Under the pieces are notes generated by a model, which had not been told where the DNA came from, ran no database searches, and was given only the letters and a program-made list of their open reading frames with translations. Position numbers and translations under genes: made by a program. Below, piece after piece: positions 8,505 through 16,173 of a DNA stretch of 26,347 nucleotides; position 1 is the first letter of the stretch; every line of letters starts with the position of its first letter. The stretch is taken from the IMG/VR virus record IMGVR_UViG_2832576359_000003, positions 1 through 26,347 of that record; one strand, written 5' to 3'. Source of the DNA: a virus. Its lineage: Duplodnaviria > Heunggongvirae > Uroviricota > Caudoviricetes.

Positions 8505-8519
8505 TCGTGACGCCGTAAT
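8504..8519 (+). promoter_or_regulatory. Putative late promoter 2 (leaderless 73-aa gene)
   Basis: GTCGTGAC-GC-CGTAAT, with the ATG exactly 7 nt after the final T. Overlaps the inverted repeat TGACGCC-N5-GGCGTCA (8508-8526). Confidence 0.65.
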
Positions 8520-8525
8520 GGCGTC

Positions 8526-8747
8526 ATGCACAAGTTCACCGTCTACGAGCTACACCTCGCGGCCTATATCAAATCGAACGGCGCCACGTTCGATGGCCTC
8601 GATGGTCGCGGCTTCAAATTCACCTCAGATATCTCGGTCGACGCGTGGAAGGTCAAGCACTCCAACTCGTGCTGCCGTCGCGTTGATATCGAGCTAATCG
8701 GGCTGCGCAACTTCTTGCGCGACAAGTTCCCCGCAGAAAAGTCGTGA
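8526..8747 (+). CDS. Small protein (73 aa) resembling the DUF5659-type pattern (LAAYI..G...F.F)
   Basis: Fills the gap between the Mu-F and protease genes exactly. The family resemblance is from memory only. Confidence 0.75.
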   Translation: MHKFTVYELHLAAYIKSNGATFDGLDGRGFKFTSDISVDAWKVKHSNSCCRRVDIELIGLRNFLRDKFPAEKS

Positions 8748-8756
8748 CGCGAGCAT
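8741..8756 (+). promoter_or_regulatory. Putative late promoter 3 (protease-scaffold-capsid operon)
   Basis: GTCGTGAC-GC-GAGCAT, with the ATG 8 nt after the final T and no SD. Its TGA is the stop of the 73-aa gene. Confidence 0.7.
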
Positions 8757-8763
8757 TGCCTTC

Positions 8764-9648
8764 ATGACTCCGCACACGAACAACGAAGCATTGCTGAGCA
8801 CGCTGCCCGATTTTCTCAGCGTGTCGCAAATGCTCAAGGCGACACCCGCGACAGAGGGTGACGCTCGCTTCGTGTATCTCGAAGCGTCGAATCAGACGCG
8901 TGACCTGCAGGGAGAAGTACTGCTCGCGAAGGCCCTCGAGGAGTCGGCCTCGTATTACCTCAAGTTCGGAAATCTGGATCTCGAACACTTCACGCAAATC
9001 GGCGCGAAGCAGGGCATCCCGATGTACGAGTCGTACGAAATCGGCAAGCCCGTCGATGTGCGTGTCGATGGCACGCGCACTTTCGTCAAGGGCCAGATCT
9101 ACACCGGCACCGGACCGGCTGCCGAGAAAGCAAATCTGTTCTGGTCGTCTCTCACGCAGATCGATCCGCCGAAGGACTGGTACCCGTCCGTCGGCGGTGG
9201 CGTTCTCGGCAAGAGCATCGCAATCGACCCGGAAACACAGCAGCCGTACCCCGTGATCACGAAAGTTCGGTGGTCGAACGTCGGGTTCTCGCGCACGCCC
9301 GTGAACCCTGACCTAGAAACAGTCTCAACGATGCCGATCGGCGTCCTCACCAAGTGCTGGGGAGCCGCGGGCATCGATCTACGCAAGTCCTTGACCGCTG
9401 GCTATTCGACCGACTCCGCGTCGATGACCGGCGGCGAAGCGCTGCGCATCCAGTCGCTTCAGGGCGGCAAGAGCAAGTCATACCGCGACTTCCGCGACGA
9501 GCTTGCAGGCGCCTTCATGAAGGGCGAAATCGCCGCTTGCGACAAAACCTCTTTGGTACGGGAGGCCGGCGCGCGTTTCGGTCTTTCTGACGCCGACGCC
9601 GCGCTGTACGTGGGGCGGTTTCTTGATGACCTCAAACGCGAGAACTAG
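8764..9648 (+). CDS. Prohead (capsid maturation) protease (294 aa)
   Basis: EAS...RDLQGE, LDLEH (candidate His), WYPSVGG (candidate Ser), ITKVRWSNVGFSRTPVNP. Located upstream of scaffold and capsid. Confidence 0.85.
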   Translation: MTPHTNNEALLSTLPDFLSVSQMLKATPATEGDARFVYLEASNQTRDLQGEVLLAKALEESASYYLKFGNLDLEHFTQIGAKQGIPMYESYEIGKPVDVRVDGTRTFVKGQIYTGTGPAAEKANLFWSSLTQIDPPKDWYPSVGGGVLGKSIAIDPETQQPYPVITKVRWSNVGFSRTPVNPDLETVSTMPIGVLTKCWGAAGIDLRKSLTAGYSTDSASMTGGEALRIQSLQGGKSKSYRDFRDELAGAFMKGEIAACDKTSLVREAGARFGLSDADAALYVGRFLDDLKREN

Positions 9649-9656
9649 GAGCACTG

Positions 9657-10409
9657 ATGAAGTTTGACGAACTGCAGAACCTGATCAAGGGTGCCGACGA
9701 CCTCGCGAAGTCGCTGTCGGCCGCACCCACGGAGCCGATCAATAACGCAGCGGTCGCGGCTGCCGCGAAGGATGGCGCCGCCGCCGGTGGCGATGGAAAC
9801 ACGACCGCTCAGGATCCCAACGCATCCGCTGGCGATACGCCGGCTGAAGGCGACGAGGAAGACGAGGACAACCCCCTCGCGAAGTCGTTCTCGCTGACGC
9901 TCGAAGACGGCACGACGCTCGAAGGTTTCGACGGCACCGAACTCATCAAGTCGTTGCGCGCCGAGCTCGCTGCCGAAAGCGGCGCCCGCGTTGCCGACGG
10001 CGAGCAGTTCCTGAAGGCATTCGGCTCGGTGATCAGCATCGTCAACACGCTGACCGCCGAAGTGGACTCGACCAAGAAGGCCAACGCCGCGCTCGGGAAG
10101 CAACTCGACGCTGCGGCAGCTGAGATCGCAACCCTGAAGGCCGCAGGCGAAGAACTGACGAAATCGCTCGCGACGTTCGGTAACGAAGGCCGCGGGCGTC
10201 GTGCGGCCACCCTCGTCGTGCACAAGCCGCCCGTCGGCGCCGACGCGGGCACCGACCCCGTCCAGCCGTCGAAGGCCGAGATCCTCGCGAAGGCATTGAG
10301 CGCCATGCAGTCCGGCGCGATTTCCGGCTCCGAGGCCTCGCGCATCGAAGCAACTCTCAACGCCGGGCAGCAAGTGTCGAAAGCGCTGCTCGACCGCATT
10401 TTCAAGTAA
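9657..10409 (+). CDS. Probable capsid scaffolding protein (250 aa)
   Basis: AGGAG SD, helical/coiled-coil Ala-rich sequence with an acidic linker, position between protease and capsid, seven hydrophobic-x-K-S/A-hydrophobic motifs. Confidence 0.75.
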   Translation: MKFDELQNLIKGADDLAKSLSAAPTEPINNAAVAAAAKDGAAAGGDGNTTAQDPNASAGDTPAEGDEEDEDNPLAKSFSLTLEDGTTLEGFDGTELIKSLRAELAAESGARVADGEQFLKAFGSVISIVNTLTAEVDSTKKANAALGKQLDAAAAEIATLKAAGEELTKSLATFGNEGRGRRAATLVVHKPPVGADAGTDPVQPSKAEILAKALSAMQSGAISGSEASRIEATLNAGQQVSKALLDRIFK

Positions 10410-10448
10410 TTCCCGCCAACAGGGACTTTTCGGAGGTCTTAGAGAACC

Positions 10449-11897
10449 ATGGATTTTCAACCCGGCAATACTTCCGGCATTTCCACCGCTGGCGCGATGG
10501 GCACGGACGAACTGGCTGAACTGCAGAAGTCGCTCGAGGCAGGCTACGAGACCGACGTCGACGGCATGACCGGTGGCTCGGCGCTGCGTATTCAGTCGCT
10601 CGACTTGAATCTGCAAGCGACCGTGCAGCAGAACCACCACTTCGTGCTGTTCAACATGCTGCCGAAGCCCCGCGCGACGGCCGTGCTGGACGAATGGACC
10701 GAACAGCATGACATCGGCGGCTTCCTGGGCTCGACGTTCAATACCCAGGACGGCGCTGCGCAGCAAACGAACGGCAACTACGAACGCATGGTCGGCCAGG
10801 TCAAGTACATGACCACCTATCGTTCGATCCCGATCGTGCTGCAACGCCAGAACAACATCGTCGACGCTACCGCGATCGAAACGACCAACGGCACGAAGCA
10901 GCTGCTCACGGATATCGAATTCACGATGTTCGAAGGCGATTCGTCGGTGGTGCCGCTCTCGTTCGACGGTATCTACGCGCAGATCAATTCGCTGGACTCG
11001 GACGACCATATCATCGATTTGGCGGGCGCACCGCTGAACTCGATCGATGCGATCGCGACGGCCGCCGAGGTGATCTACGGCTACGGCAACTTCGGCCGCG
11101 CGACGGACATCTTCATTCCGCCGAGCGTGCAGACGGACCTGAACCAAGACCTGGACCCGGCATTCCGCGTGCTGCTGAACCAGGGCGCGCAGAACACGGT
11201 TCGCGGTACGTCGGTGTCGGGCATCCAGACGACCTACGGCGAGATCAAGACGCGCAACGACGTTTTCATCCGTGACGACAAGCTGAAGAAGCCGTTCGAG
11301 ACCGTCTCGCCGGCGCTCCAAGCAATCGCCGCCGCGAACGCGTTCAAGCCCGCTACGGTCACGCCGACGGCTGTCGCGACCGAGGTCGGATCGGCATGGC
11401 AAGCCTCGCAAGCGGGCAACTACTACTACGCCGTGGCTGGTATCAACCAGAACGGCCAGTCGCAGGCGCTCGTATCGGCACAGGTTGCGGTCGTCTCGGG
11501 CGGCGCTGTCTCGCTCGCGATCGCCGCGTCGGCAGGCGGAACCGAAACGGGCTACGTGATCTATCGCGGCCGCCTGAACGGCACGAACGCGCTGACCGAT
11601 ATGCGCGAGATGATCCGCATTCCGAAGGCCACGGGTGGCACGACGACGTACGTCGACACGAACTCGGAAATCCCCGGTTCGACGCGGGCATACATCCTGA
11701 ACTTGGCAGCGGAAGACCACGCTATCGCCTGGCGCCAGTATCTGCCGATGATGAAGATCCCGATGGCCGCGGTGAACAGCCCGATCATCCCGTGGCTGCA
11801 AATGATCTGCGGATATCTGCGGATCACGAAGCGCAACCAGCACGTCGTCGTGAAGAACATCGTTCCGACGCGCGCTGCCTGGAAGCCGTTCGGCTAA
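10449..11897 (+). CDS. Major capsid protein (482 aa), SPO1/Twort/K-like
   Basis: KSLEAGY...GGSALRIQSLD, IEFTMFEGDS, LSFDGI, FGRATDIFIP, YVIYRG, YVDTN..IPG, YLPMMKIPMA, VVVKNI correspond to motifs I recall from the phage K/A511 capsid protein. GGAGG SD. Confidence 0.9.
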   Translation: MDFQPGNTSGISTAGAMGTDELAELQKSLEAGYETDVDGMTGGSALRIQSLDLNLQATVQQNHHFVLFNMLPKPRATAVLDEWTEQHDIGGFLGSTFNTQDGAAQQTNGNYERMVGQVKYMTTYRSIPIVLQRQNNIVDATAIETTNGTKQLLTDIEFTMFEGDSSVVPLSFDGIYAQINSLDSDDHIIDLAGAPLNSIDAIATAAEVIYGYGNFGRATDIFIPPSVQTDLNQDLDPAFRVLLNQGAQNTVRGTSVSGIQTTYGEIKTRNDVFIRDDKLKKPFETVSPALQAIAAANAFKPATVTPTAVATEVGSAWQASQAGNYYYAVAGINQNGQSQALVSAQVAVVSGGAVSLAIAASAGGTETGYVIYRGRLNGTNALTDMREMIRIPKATGGTTTYVDTNSEIPGSTRAYILNLAAEDHAIAWRQYLPMMKIPMAAVNSPIIPWLQMICGYLRITKRNQHVVVKNIVPTRAAWKPFG

Positions 11898-11904
11898 GGT
11901 GCGC

Positions 11905-11967
11905 AGCCCCCTAGCCGGGGCATTCACTGAGGTTTTGACGAACACGAGAGCCCCCTAGCGGGCTCTC
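11905..11967 (+). repeat. Two tandem hairpins sharing AGCCCCCTAGC after the capsid stop
   Basis: The 11-mer occurs at 11905-11915 and 11949-11959. The second hairpin is GAGAGCCC-CCTAGC-GGGCTCTC. Confidence 0.6.
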
Positions 11968-11986
11968 CTTCTGAGAGGGTTTGAGA

Positions 11987-12358
11987 ATGAAGATTCTTTG
12001 CACGCTGCCGAACGCGTCGACGCTGATCAATGGTGTGAGCTTCGTCACGCACAAGCTCGGCGTGGTGTCCGAGGAAATCGAGGACGACGTCGCAGCTGAA
12101 TTCCTGAAGATCAAGGGCTATCTCCCGTTCGCGCCGAAGAAGGCCGCGCCCGCACCTGCTGCGACGGGTGCCGCGACCGATACGTCGAGCACGAGCACCG
12201 CTGACGCCGCTGCCACGCCTAGCGCTGCGACGGCGGCCGCAGCGGAAACAGCCGCCCCGGCTGCCGCTACGACCGCGGCTACGGCTACGGCGACGACTGC
12301 GGCCGCGACGGCCGCTGCCGCCCCCGCTGCCGCGTCGAGCGACGTTGCCACGAAGTAA
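11987..12358 (+). CDS. Small head-associated protein (123 aa) with an Ala/Thr-rich low-complexity tail
   Basis: GAGGG SD, ATG 11987, about 45 aa folded-looking N-terminus, position directly after the capsid gene. Confidence 0.75.
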   Translation: MKILCTLPNASTLINGVSFVTHKLGVVSEEIEDDVAAEFLKIKGYLPFAPKKAAPAPAATGAATDTSSTSTADAAATPSAATAAAAETAAPAAATTAATATATTAAATAAAAPAAASSDVATK

Positions 12359-12381
12359 TCAAGCAGCTCTGCCGTAAGAAG

Positions 12382-12416
12382 TGCGTCGCGAGGTTCGCCT
12401 CCCGACGCATTTTTTT
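12382..12416 (+). terminator. Rho-independent terminator of the capsid operon
   Basis: TGCGTCG-c-GAGG-TTCG-CCTC-c-CGACGCA followed by 7 T. Confidence 0.85.
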
Positions 12417-12430
12417 CGTGATCGCATCCT
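12416..12430 (+). promoter_or_regulatory. Putative late promoter 4 (neck genes), variant motif
   Basis: TCGTGAT-CG-CATCCT, beginning inside the terminator T tract. Confidence 0.55.
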
Positions 12431-12457
12431 GCTTGAATTGAAGCCGATTCCTTCGCT

Positions 12458-13312
12458 ATGGCCATGACCGATTCGACCGATCCCACCTCCGGCACGACCA
12501 TGGTGTCGGCGCTGTTTCCCGATGCCGCATGCGCGATCGCCGATCTGCGCGCAATGCTCTCGATGAGCGCCGGCGGCCTCATCAACCTGTCCAAAGTCAG
12601 CGACACGACTCTCTGGAACAAGCTGATGGCTGCCGAGGCCGAGGCCGAGCGCATCCTGAAGACGTTCTTCGGCGCAGTGGAAGTTCTCCCGGATAACTGC
12701 GACCCGAGCGAAATCGCGGCGTTCGAGGCCGCGGGCACGCGCTATACGCTGGTGTCCGCCTTCGACTACGACCCCGACCTGTTCCGCAACGACGCCTGGG
12801 GCTATATGCGGCTGCCGTTCGCCCCGATTCAGCAGCTGCATTCGGTCAAGATCGTTTTCCCGGCTCCGTTCCTGCAGGACTACACGGTGCCCGAGGACTG
12901 GATCCGGCTCGACAGCAAGTACGGCGATTTGCAGCTCGTTCCGACGACGACGGCCCCCGTCACGCCGGTCGGCGCGTACGCGGTCGCGATGTGGGGCGGA
13001 ACGGTCTACCCGCAAGCCGTCCAGATGCGCTATCGCTGCGGCCTCACAAATGCGAGCGGAACGGTCGTAACGTCGTTCGCGCAACACTGGAACGACCTGG
13101 TCGACGTCGTGCAGCGCATGGCGATTATGAAGCTGCTGCGCATGGCGTTCCTGCCCACCTCGGCGTCGATCTCGGCCGACGGTCTGTCGCAGTCCAAGAG
13201 CTTCGATTACAAGGTGTGGCAAGACGGCATCGATGAAGTGCTGAAGGGCGGAAAGGGCGCGAACGGCGGCCTGTTCGTGCAAATTCACGGTGCAATGGGA
13301 TTGGTGGGCTGA
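12458..13312 (+). CDS. Head-tail adaptor / neck protein 1 (284 aa)
   Basis: Syntenic position. Motifs such as YMRLPFAPIQ, PQAVQMRYRCGL and TSASISADGLSQS are typical of gp15-like adaptors. Confidence 0.7.
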   Translation: MAMTDSTDPTSGTTMVSALFPDAACAIADLRAMLSMSAGGLINLSKVSDTTLWNKLMAAEAEAERILKTFFGAVEVLPDNCDPSEIAAFEAAGTRYTLVSAFDYDPDLFRNDAWGYMRLPFAPIQQLHSVKIVFPAPFLQDYTVPEDWIRLDSKYGDLQLVPTTTAPVTPVGAYAVAMWGGTVYPQAVQMRYRCGLTNASGTVVTSFAQHWNDLVDVVQRMAIMKLLRMAFLPTSASISADGLSQSKSFDYKVWQDGIDEVLKGGKGANGGLFVQIHGAMGLVG

Positions 13313-13313
13313 C

Positions 13314-13964
13314 ATGCAGCTGAATCCCGACGACTTCAACAATTTCCTCGGCGGCAACGGCGTCATCGGGCAAGACTACGCGTGGTACAGCTCGAACGCG
13401 TGCCCGTGCGTCGATCCGAACTCCGGGCAGCCGGATCCTGCGTGCCCCGTGTGCGACGGGCAAGGGCGCATCTACGCCGCTCCGGTGCCGGGCGTCGCCG
13501 CGCTCTCTGGCGCTAAGACGCAGCGCGATTGGGCACAGTTCGGGCTGTATGAGAAGGGCGACGTCGTCGTGACGGTGGCCGAGGACTCGCCGATGTACGT
13601 TATCGGCCAGTATGACCGCGTGACCGCGCTCAACGAGACCAACCGCTTTTCGGTGCCGCTGCGGCGCGGCGCCACGATCGAACGTTTGCTCGGGTCGATT
13701 GTGTCGCTCTCGCGTGTGTTCTGGCTCGCGGGGACGCCCGCGACGATCGTCGACGGCGATCTCCCGACGGTGAATGCGGACGGCACGCTTACGTGGGCCG
13801 CGGGCGCAAACGCGCCGCCCGAGGGAGTGCAGTATTCAGTCACGGGCCTTCGCCACATCGACTATTTCTGCTTCGGGAACTACCCGCAGAACCGCCGCAT
13901 GAACCAGGGATCCCGTCTGCCCATCAAGGTCGTACTGCGGGACTGGGACCTGTTCAATCGCTAG
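13314..13964 (+). CDS. Neck / head-closure protein 2 (216 aa) with a CPC...CPVCDGQG zinc motif
   Basis: CPC..PDPACPVCDGQGRIY and YDRVT match the K/SPO1-like neck protein pattern. Start MQLNPDDF at 13314. Confidence 0.75.
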   Translation: MQLNPDDFNNFLGGNGVIGQDYAWYSSNACPCVDPNSGQPDPACPVCDGQGRIYAAPVPGVAALSGAKTQRDWAQFGLYEKGDVVVTVAEDSPMYVIGQYDRVTALNETNRFSVPLRRGATIERLLGSIVSLSRVFWLAGTPATIVDGDLPTVNADGTLTWAAGANAPPEGVQYSVTGLRHIDYFCFGNYPQNRRMNQGSRLPIKVVLRDWDLFNR

Positions 13965-14818
13965 TCGTTGCCCAACTCGCGACGCATGGCCTCGTTCAAG
14001 GCCTCTTGCGCGATCGGCTGAATGTGCTCGGCGACGCCGCGCGCGATGTAAAGGCCTTGCTTCGCGGGGATAACCCATCCGCTGGATCCTTCCACCATCG
14101 TCCTGAACGTCAGATATGACGTGCCGCCGGTCGATTCCTTCATCCGCACCATTCCCGCGAACCTGCGCTGGTCAGCCTGCGACACGCCGGCTGCCGTCAG
14201 GTCCGCGCGCTTCAATCGTCCACCCCATTGATAGCTGTGATTCGGGACGAGGTAGGTCTTCTTCGTCGCGATGTTGGATGCGAACGGGGTCTGCAACGGA
14301 GACGGTGCCATCCCGCTGCCTGGTGTCATGACCGTCGTCTGGCCGGACGGCCGCGTCCCGGTCCCGGTGACTTCGGACGCTCGCATCTGGCTCGCAAGCT
14401 CATAGACGCTTGTCGGCATCGCGGGCGCGTGCGCGGTATTGCCTGGCGTGTTGTGCCGGATGGGGATCACGAGGAATCGCCGACCATCATGCGTGCGGCG
14501 CACCTTCATGCTCGTGTCGAGCATCGTCTTCAGGTCGCGCGGCGGCATACCTGATTCGATCTGTTCGGCGAGCTTGTAGTCGCTGACGATTTCGGCGCGC
14601 ATTCCGGATCCCCAATAGTCGACTTTGATGCTGTCGATATAGGGCTGCTTGTATCCCTGCCAAATCGGCGCGGCCGCGATCGCGTCTATCCAGTTCGACT
14701 GAATCTCTTGCGCGATGGCGCGCACCGCCTGTTCCACCAGCGGAAATACCTGCTTGTTGAAAATTCGATCGACGTCCGAAATTGTCGGAAGGTCGAGCTT
14801 GATCGAGTAATCGGGCAT
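13961..14818 (-). CDS. Neck-region virion protein 3 (285 aa), inverted relative to the rest of the module
   Basis: AGGAG SD before ATG 14818. Motifs PRDLK.ML, FLVIPIRH and YLTFRTM...GWVIP resemble the K/SPO1-like protein encoded at this position. Its stop overlaps the convergent stop (CTAG). Confidence 0.8.
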   Translation of the reverse strand: MPDYSIKLDLPTISDVDRIFNKQVFPLVEQAVRAIAQEIQSNWIDAIAAAPIWQGYKQPYIDSIKVDYWGSGMRAEIVSDYKLAEQIESGMPPRDLKTMLDTSMKVRRTHDGRRFLVIPIRHNTPGNTAHAPAMPTSVYELASQMRASEVTGTGTRPSGQTTVMTPGSGMAPSPLQTPFASNIATKKTYLVPNHSYQWGGRLKRADLTAAGVSQADQRRFAGMVRMKESTGGTSYLTFRTMVEGSSGWVIPAKQGLYIARGVAEHIQPIAQEALNEAMRRELGND

Positions 14819-14837
14819 TTGTAAATCTCCTGCGCTC

Positions 14838-14853
14838 AGTGTTCCGTCACGAG
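14838..14853 (-). promoter_or_regulatory. Putative late promoter 5 (inverted neck gene)
   Basis: Minus strand CTCGTGAC-GG-AACACT. The base 7 nt downstream is the first A of AGGAG. Confidence 0.7.
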
Positions 14854-14869
14854 GTCGTGACGCGAGTCT
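14854..14869 (+). promoter_or_regulatory. Putative late promoter 6 (tail terminator-sheath-tube operon)
   Basis: GTCGTGAC-GC-GAGTCT, with ATG 14876 exactly 7 nt after the final T and no SD. Confidence 0.7.
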
Positions 14870-14875
14870 GTGTGC

Positions 14876-15742
14876 ATGACGATTTCCATGCTCGACCCCC
14901 TCCCGATCGGGAACGCAATCAAGATCGTTTTCGATCCCGCGGACGGCAACGTAGCGCGCCGCGTGCTGCGCACGACGGACACCTCGTTTTCCGGACCCAA
15001 CGACGCCCATTCGGTCGTCGTCTATCAGGGTGACGGCGTGTACGCGGTCGACGCGCATCGCCTGAAAAACGGAACCACCTACACGTACGGCGACTTCATC
15101 TTCGACGGTACCGAATGGGTCTTGTCGTCCGTCGTCCAAGGCACCCCCGAGATTGCGTACGAGGACCGCAGCACAGACGTGCTGACGGTCTTGCGCGAGC
15201 GCCTGACGGTCGGTCTTGAGAACGAGGTCGCTCGCAAGACCCTACGCCCCAAAGAGGGCGTCATCGAGGTCAAAACGGCCCCCCCTGCGTTCGAAGAGAC
15301 GCCATGGCCTCTCGTGACCGTGCACGTCCTCAACGACGGCAGCGCGGAGCGCGGTGTCGGCGAGTTCCTCGACACCGACGTGCAAGACCTCATCACCAAC
15401 GAATGGCTCGAGACGCAGGGCTGGATCGCTCGCGTGCAGATCTCGGTCGTTGGCTGGTCGAAAAACGCCGACGAGCGCATCGCCATGCGCCAAGCATTGC
15501 GCCGCCTCGTGATCGGGAATCTCCCTGTTTTCCAGGGCTACGGCATGACGCGCATCGACTTCTCGCAAACCGACGCGGACGAGATGGCTGCGTATCCGGT
15601 GCCCGTCTATCAGACCGTCGGCACGTTCTCGTGCTTCGCGCCCGCCGAAGTCGTCACCTCGAGCTCGAACGTCGTCACCGACATCGACTCGTCCGCTTTC
15701 ACCCCCGATTTCCCCGATCGGTCCGCTCGGGCCGCCTTTTAA
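14876..15742 (+). CDS. Probable tail terminator/completion protein (288 aa) with an N-terminal beta-sandwich-like domain
   Basis: Position before the sheath. Motifs WPLVTVHVLND, QISVVGWSKNADER..MRQAL and VPVYQT. Confidence 0.7.
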   Translation: MTISMLDPLPIGNAIKIVFDPADGNVARRVLRTTDTSFSGPNDAHSVVVYQGDGVYAVDAHRLKNGTTYTYGDFIFDGTEWVLSSVVQGTPEIAYEDRSTDVLTVLRERLTVGLENEVARKTLRPKEGVIEVKTAPPAFEETPWPLVTVHVLNDGSAERGVGEFLDTDVQDLITNEWLETQGWIARVQISVVGWSKNADERIAMRQALRRLVIGNLPVFQGYGMTRIDFSQTDADEMAAYPVPVYQTVGTFSCFAPAEVVTSSSNVVTDIDSSAFTPDFPDRSARAAF

Positions 15743-15765
15743 CGCTCCATTGAGGACTCATCGAA

Positions 15766-16164
15766 ATGGCAAACGAAACGACAGCGGGTACGGCTGCGGG
15801 CTCGACGGATACGTCCACCGCAACGGCTGCCGCTGCATCCACCGCGGCGGCTGCCGCGACGACCCCGGCGGCGAGCACGGAAGCATCGACGGCTTCGGCC
15901 GCCGCGGCGACGACGACCGCTACCCAGGCTGCGGCAGCGCCGGCAACGACCGCGACGACCACCGCCGCGACCACGAGCACGGCCGCCGCGGCGACGGCTC
16001 CGCAAATCACGCTCAAGCAGTTCGCGATGGAGACGTCGGCCATCGACAAACGCGTCGCGCTGCTGCACGGCTTCGTCTTCGAGGAAACGGCCGCGGGTCA
16101 CTTCAAGGACACGGAGGCGAATTTCAAAACTCGCTACGCCGCGTTCGCAACCAAGAAGCTCTAA
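15766..16164 (+). CDS. Small protein upstream of the sheath (132 aa) with an Ala/Thr-rich N-terminal extension
   Basis: GAGGA SD, about 78 aa of low-complexity A/T followed by a roughly 50 aa helical domain. Confidence 0.75.
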   Translation: MANETTAGTAAGSTDTSTATAAAASTAAAAATTPAASTEASTASAAAATTTATQAAAAPATTATTTAATTSTAAAATAPQITLKQFAMETSAIDKRVALLHGFVFEETAAGHFKDTEANFKTRYAAFATKKL

Positions 16165-16173
16165 GGACTAGCG

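Noticed and set aside
9645-11945. 766-aa minus-strand ORF, and similar long antisense ORFs at 5229-6674, 7389-8531, 16540-18306 and 20489-21496
   Set aside because: These are shadow frames of well-supported GC-rich genes (scaffold/capsid, portal, Mu-F, sheath, tape measure), with Arg-rich nonsense composition and no motifs.
13950-14880. Actively invertible DNA switch around the flipped neck gene
   Set aside because: I found only a 7-nt inverted match (ACTCGCG) at the flanks, which is chance level, and no recombinase in the window. A fixed inversion is simpler.
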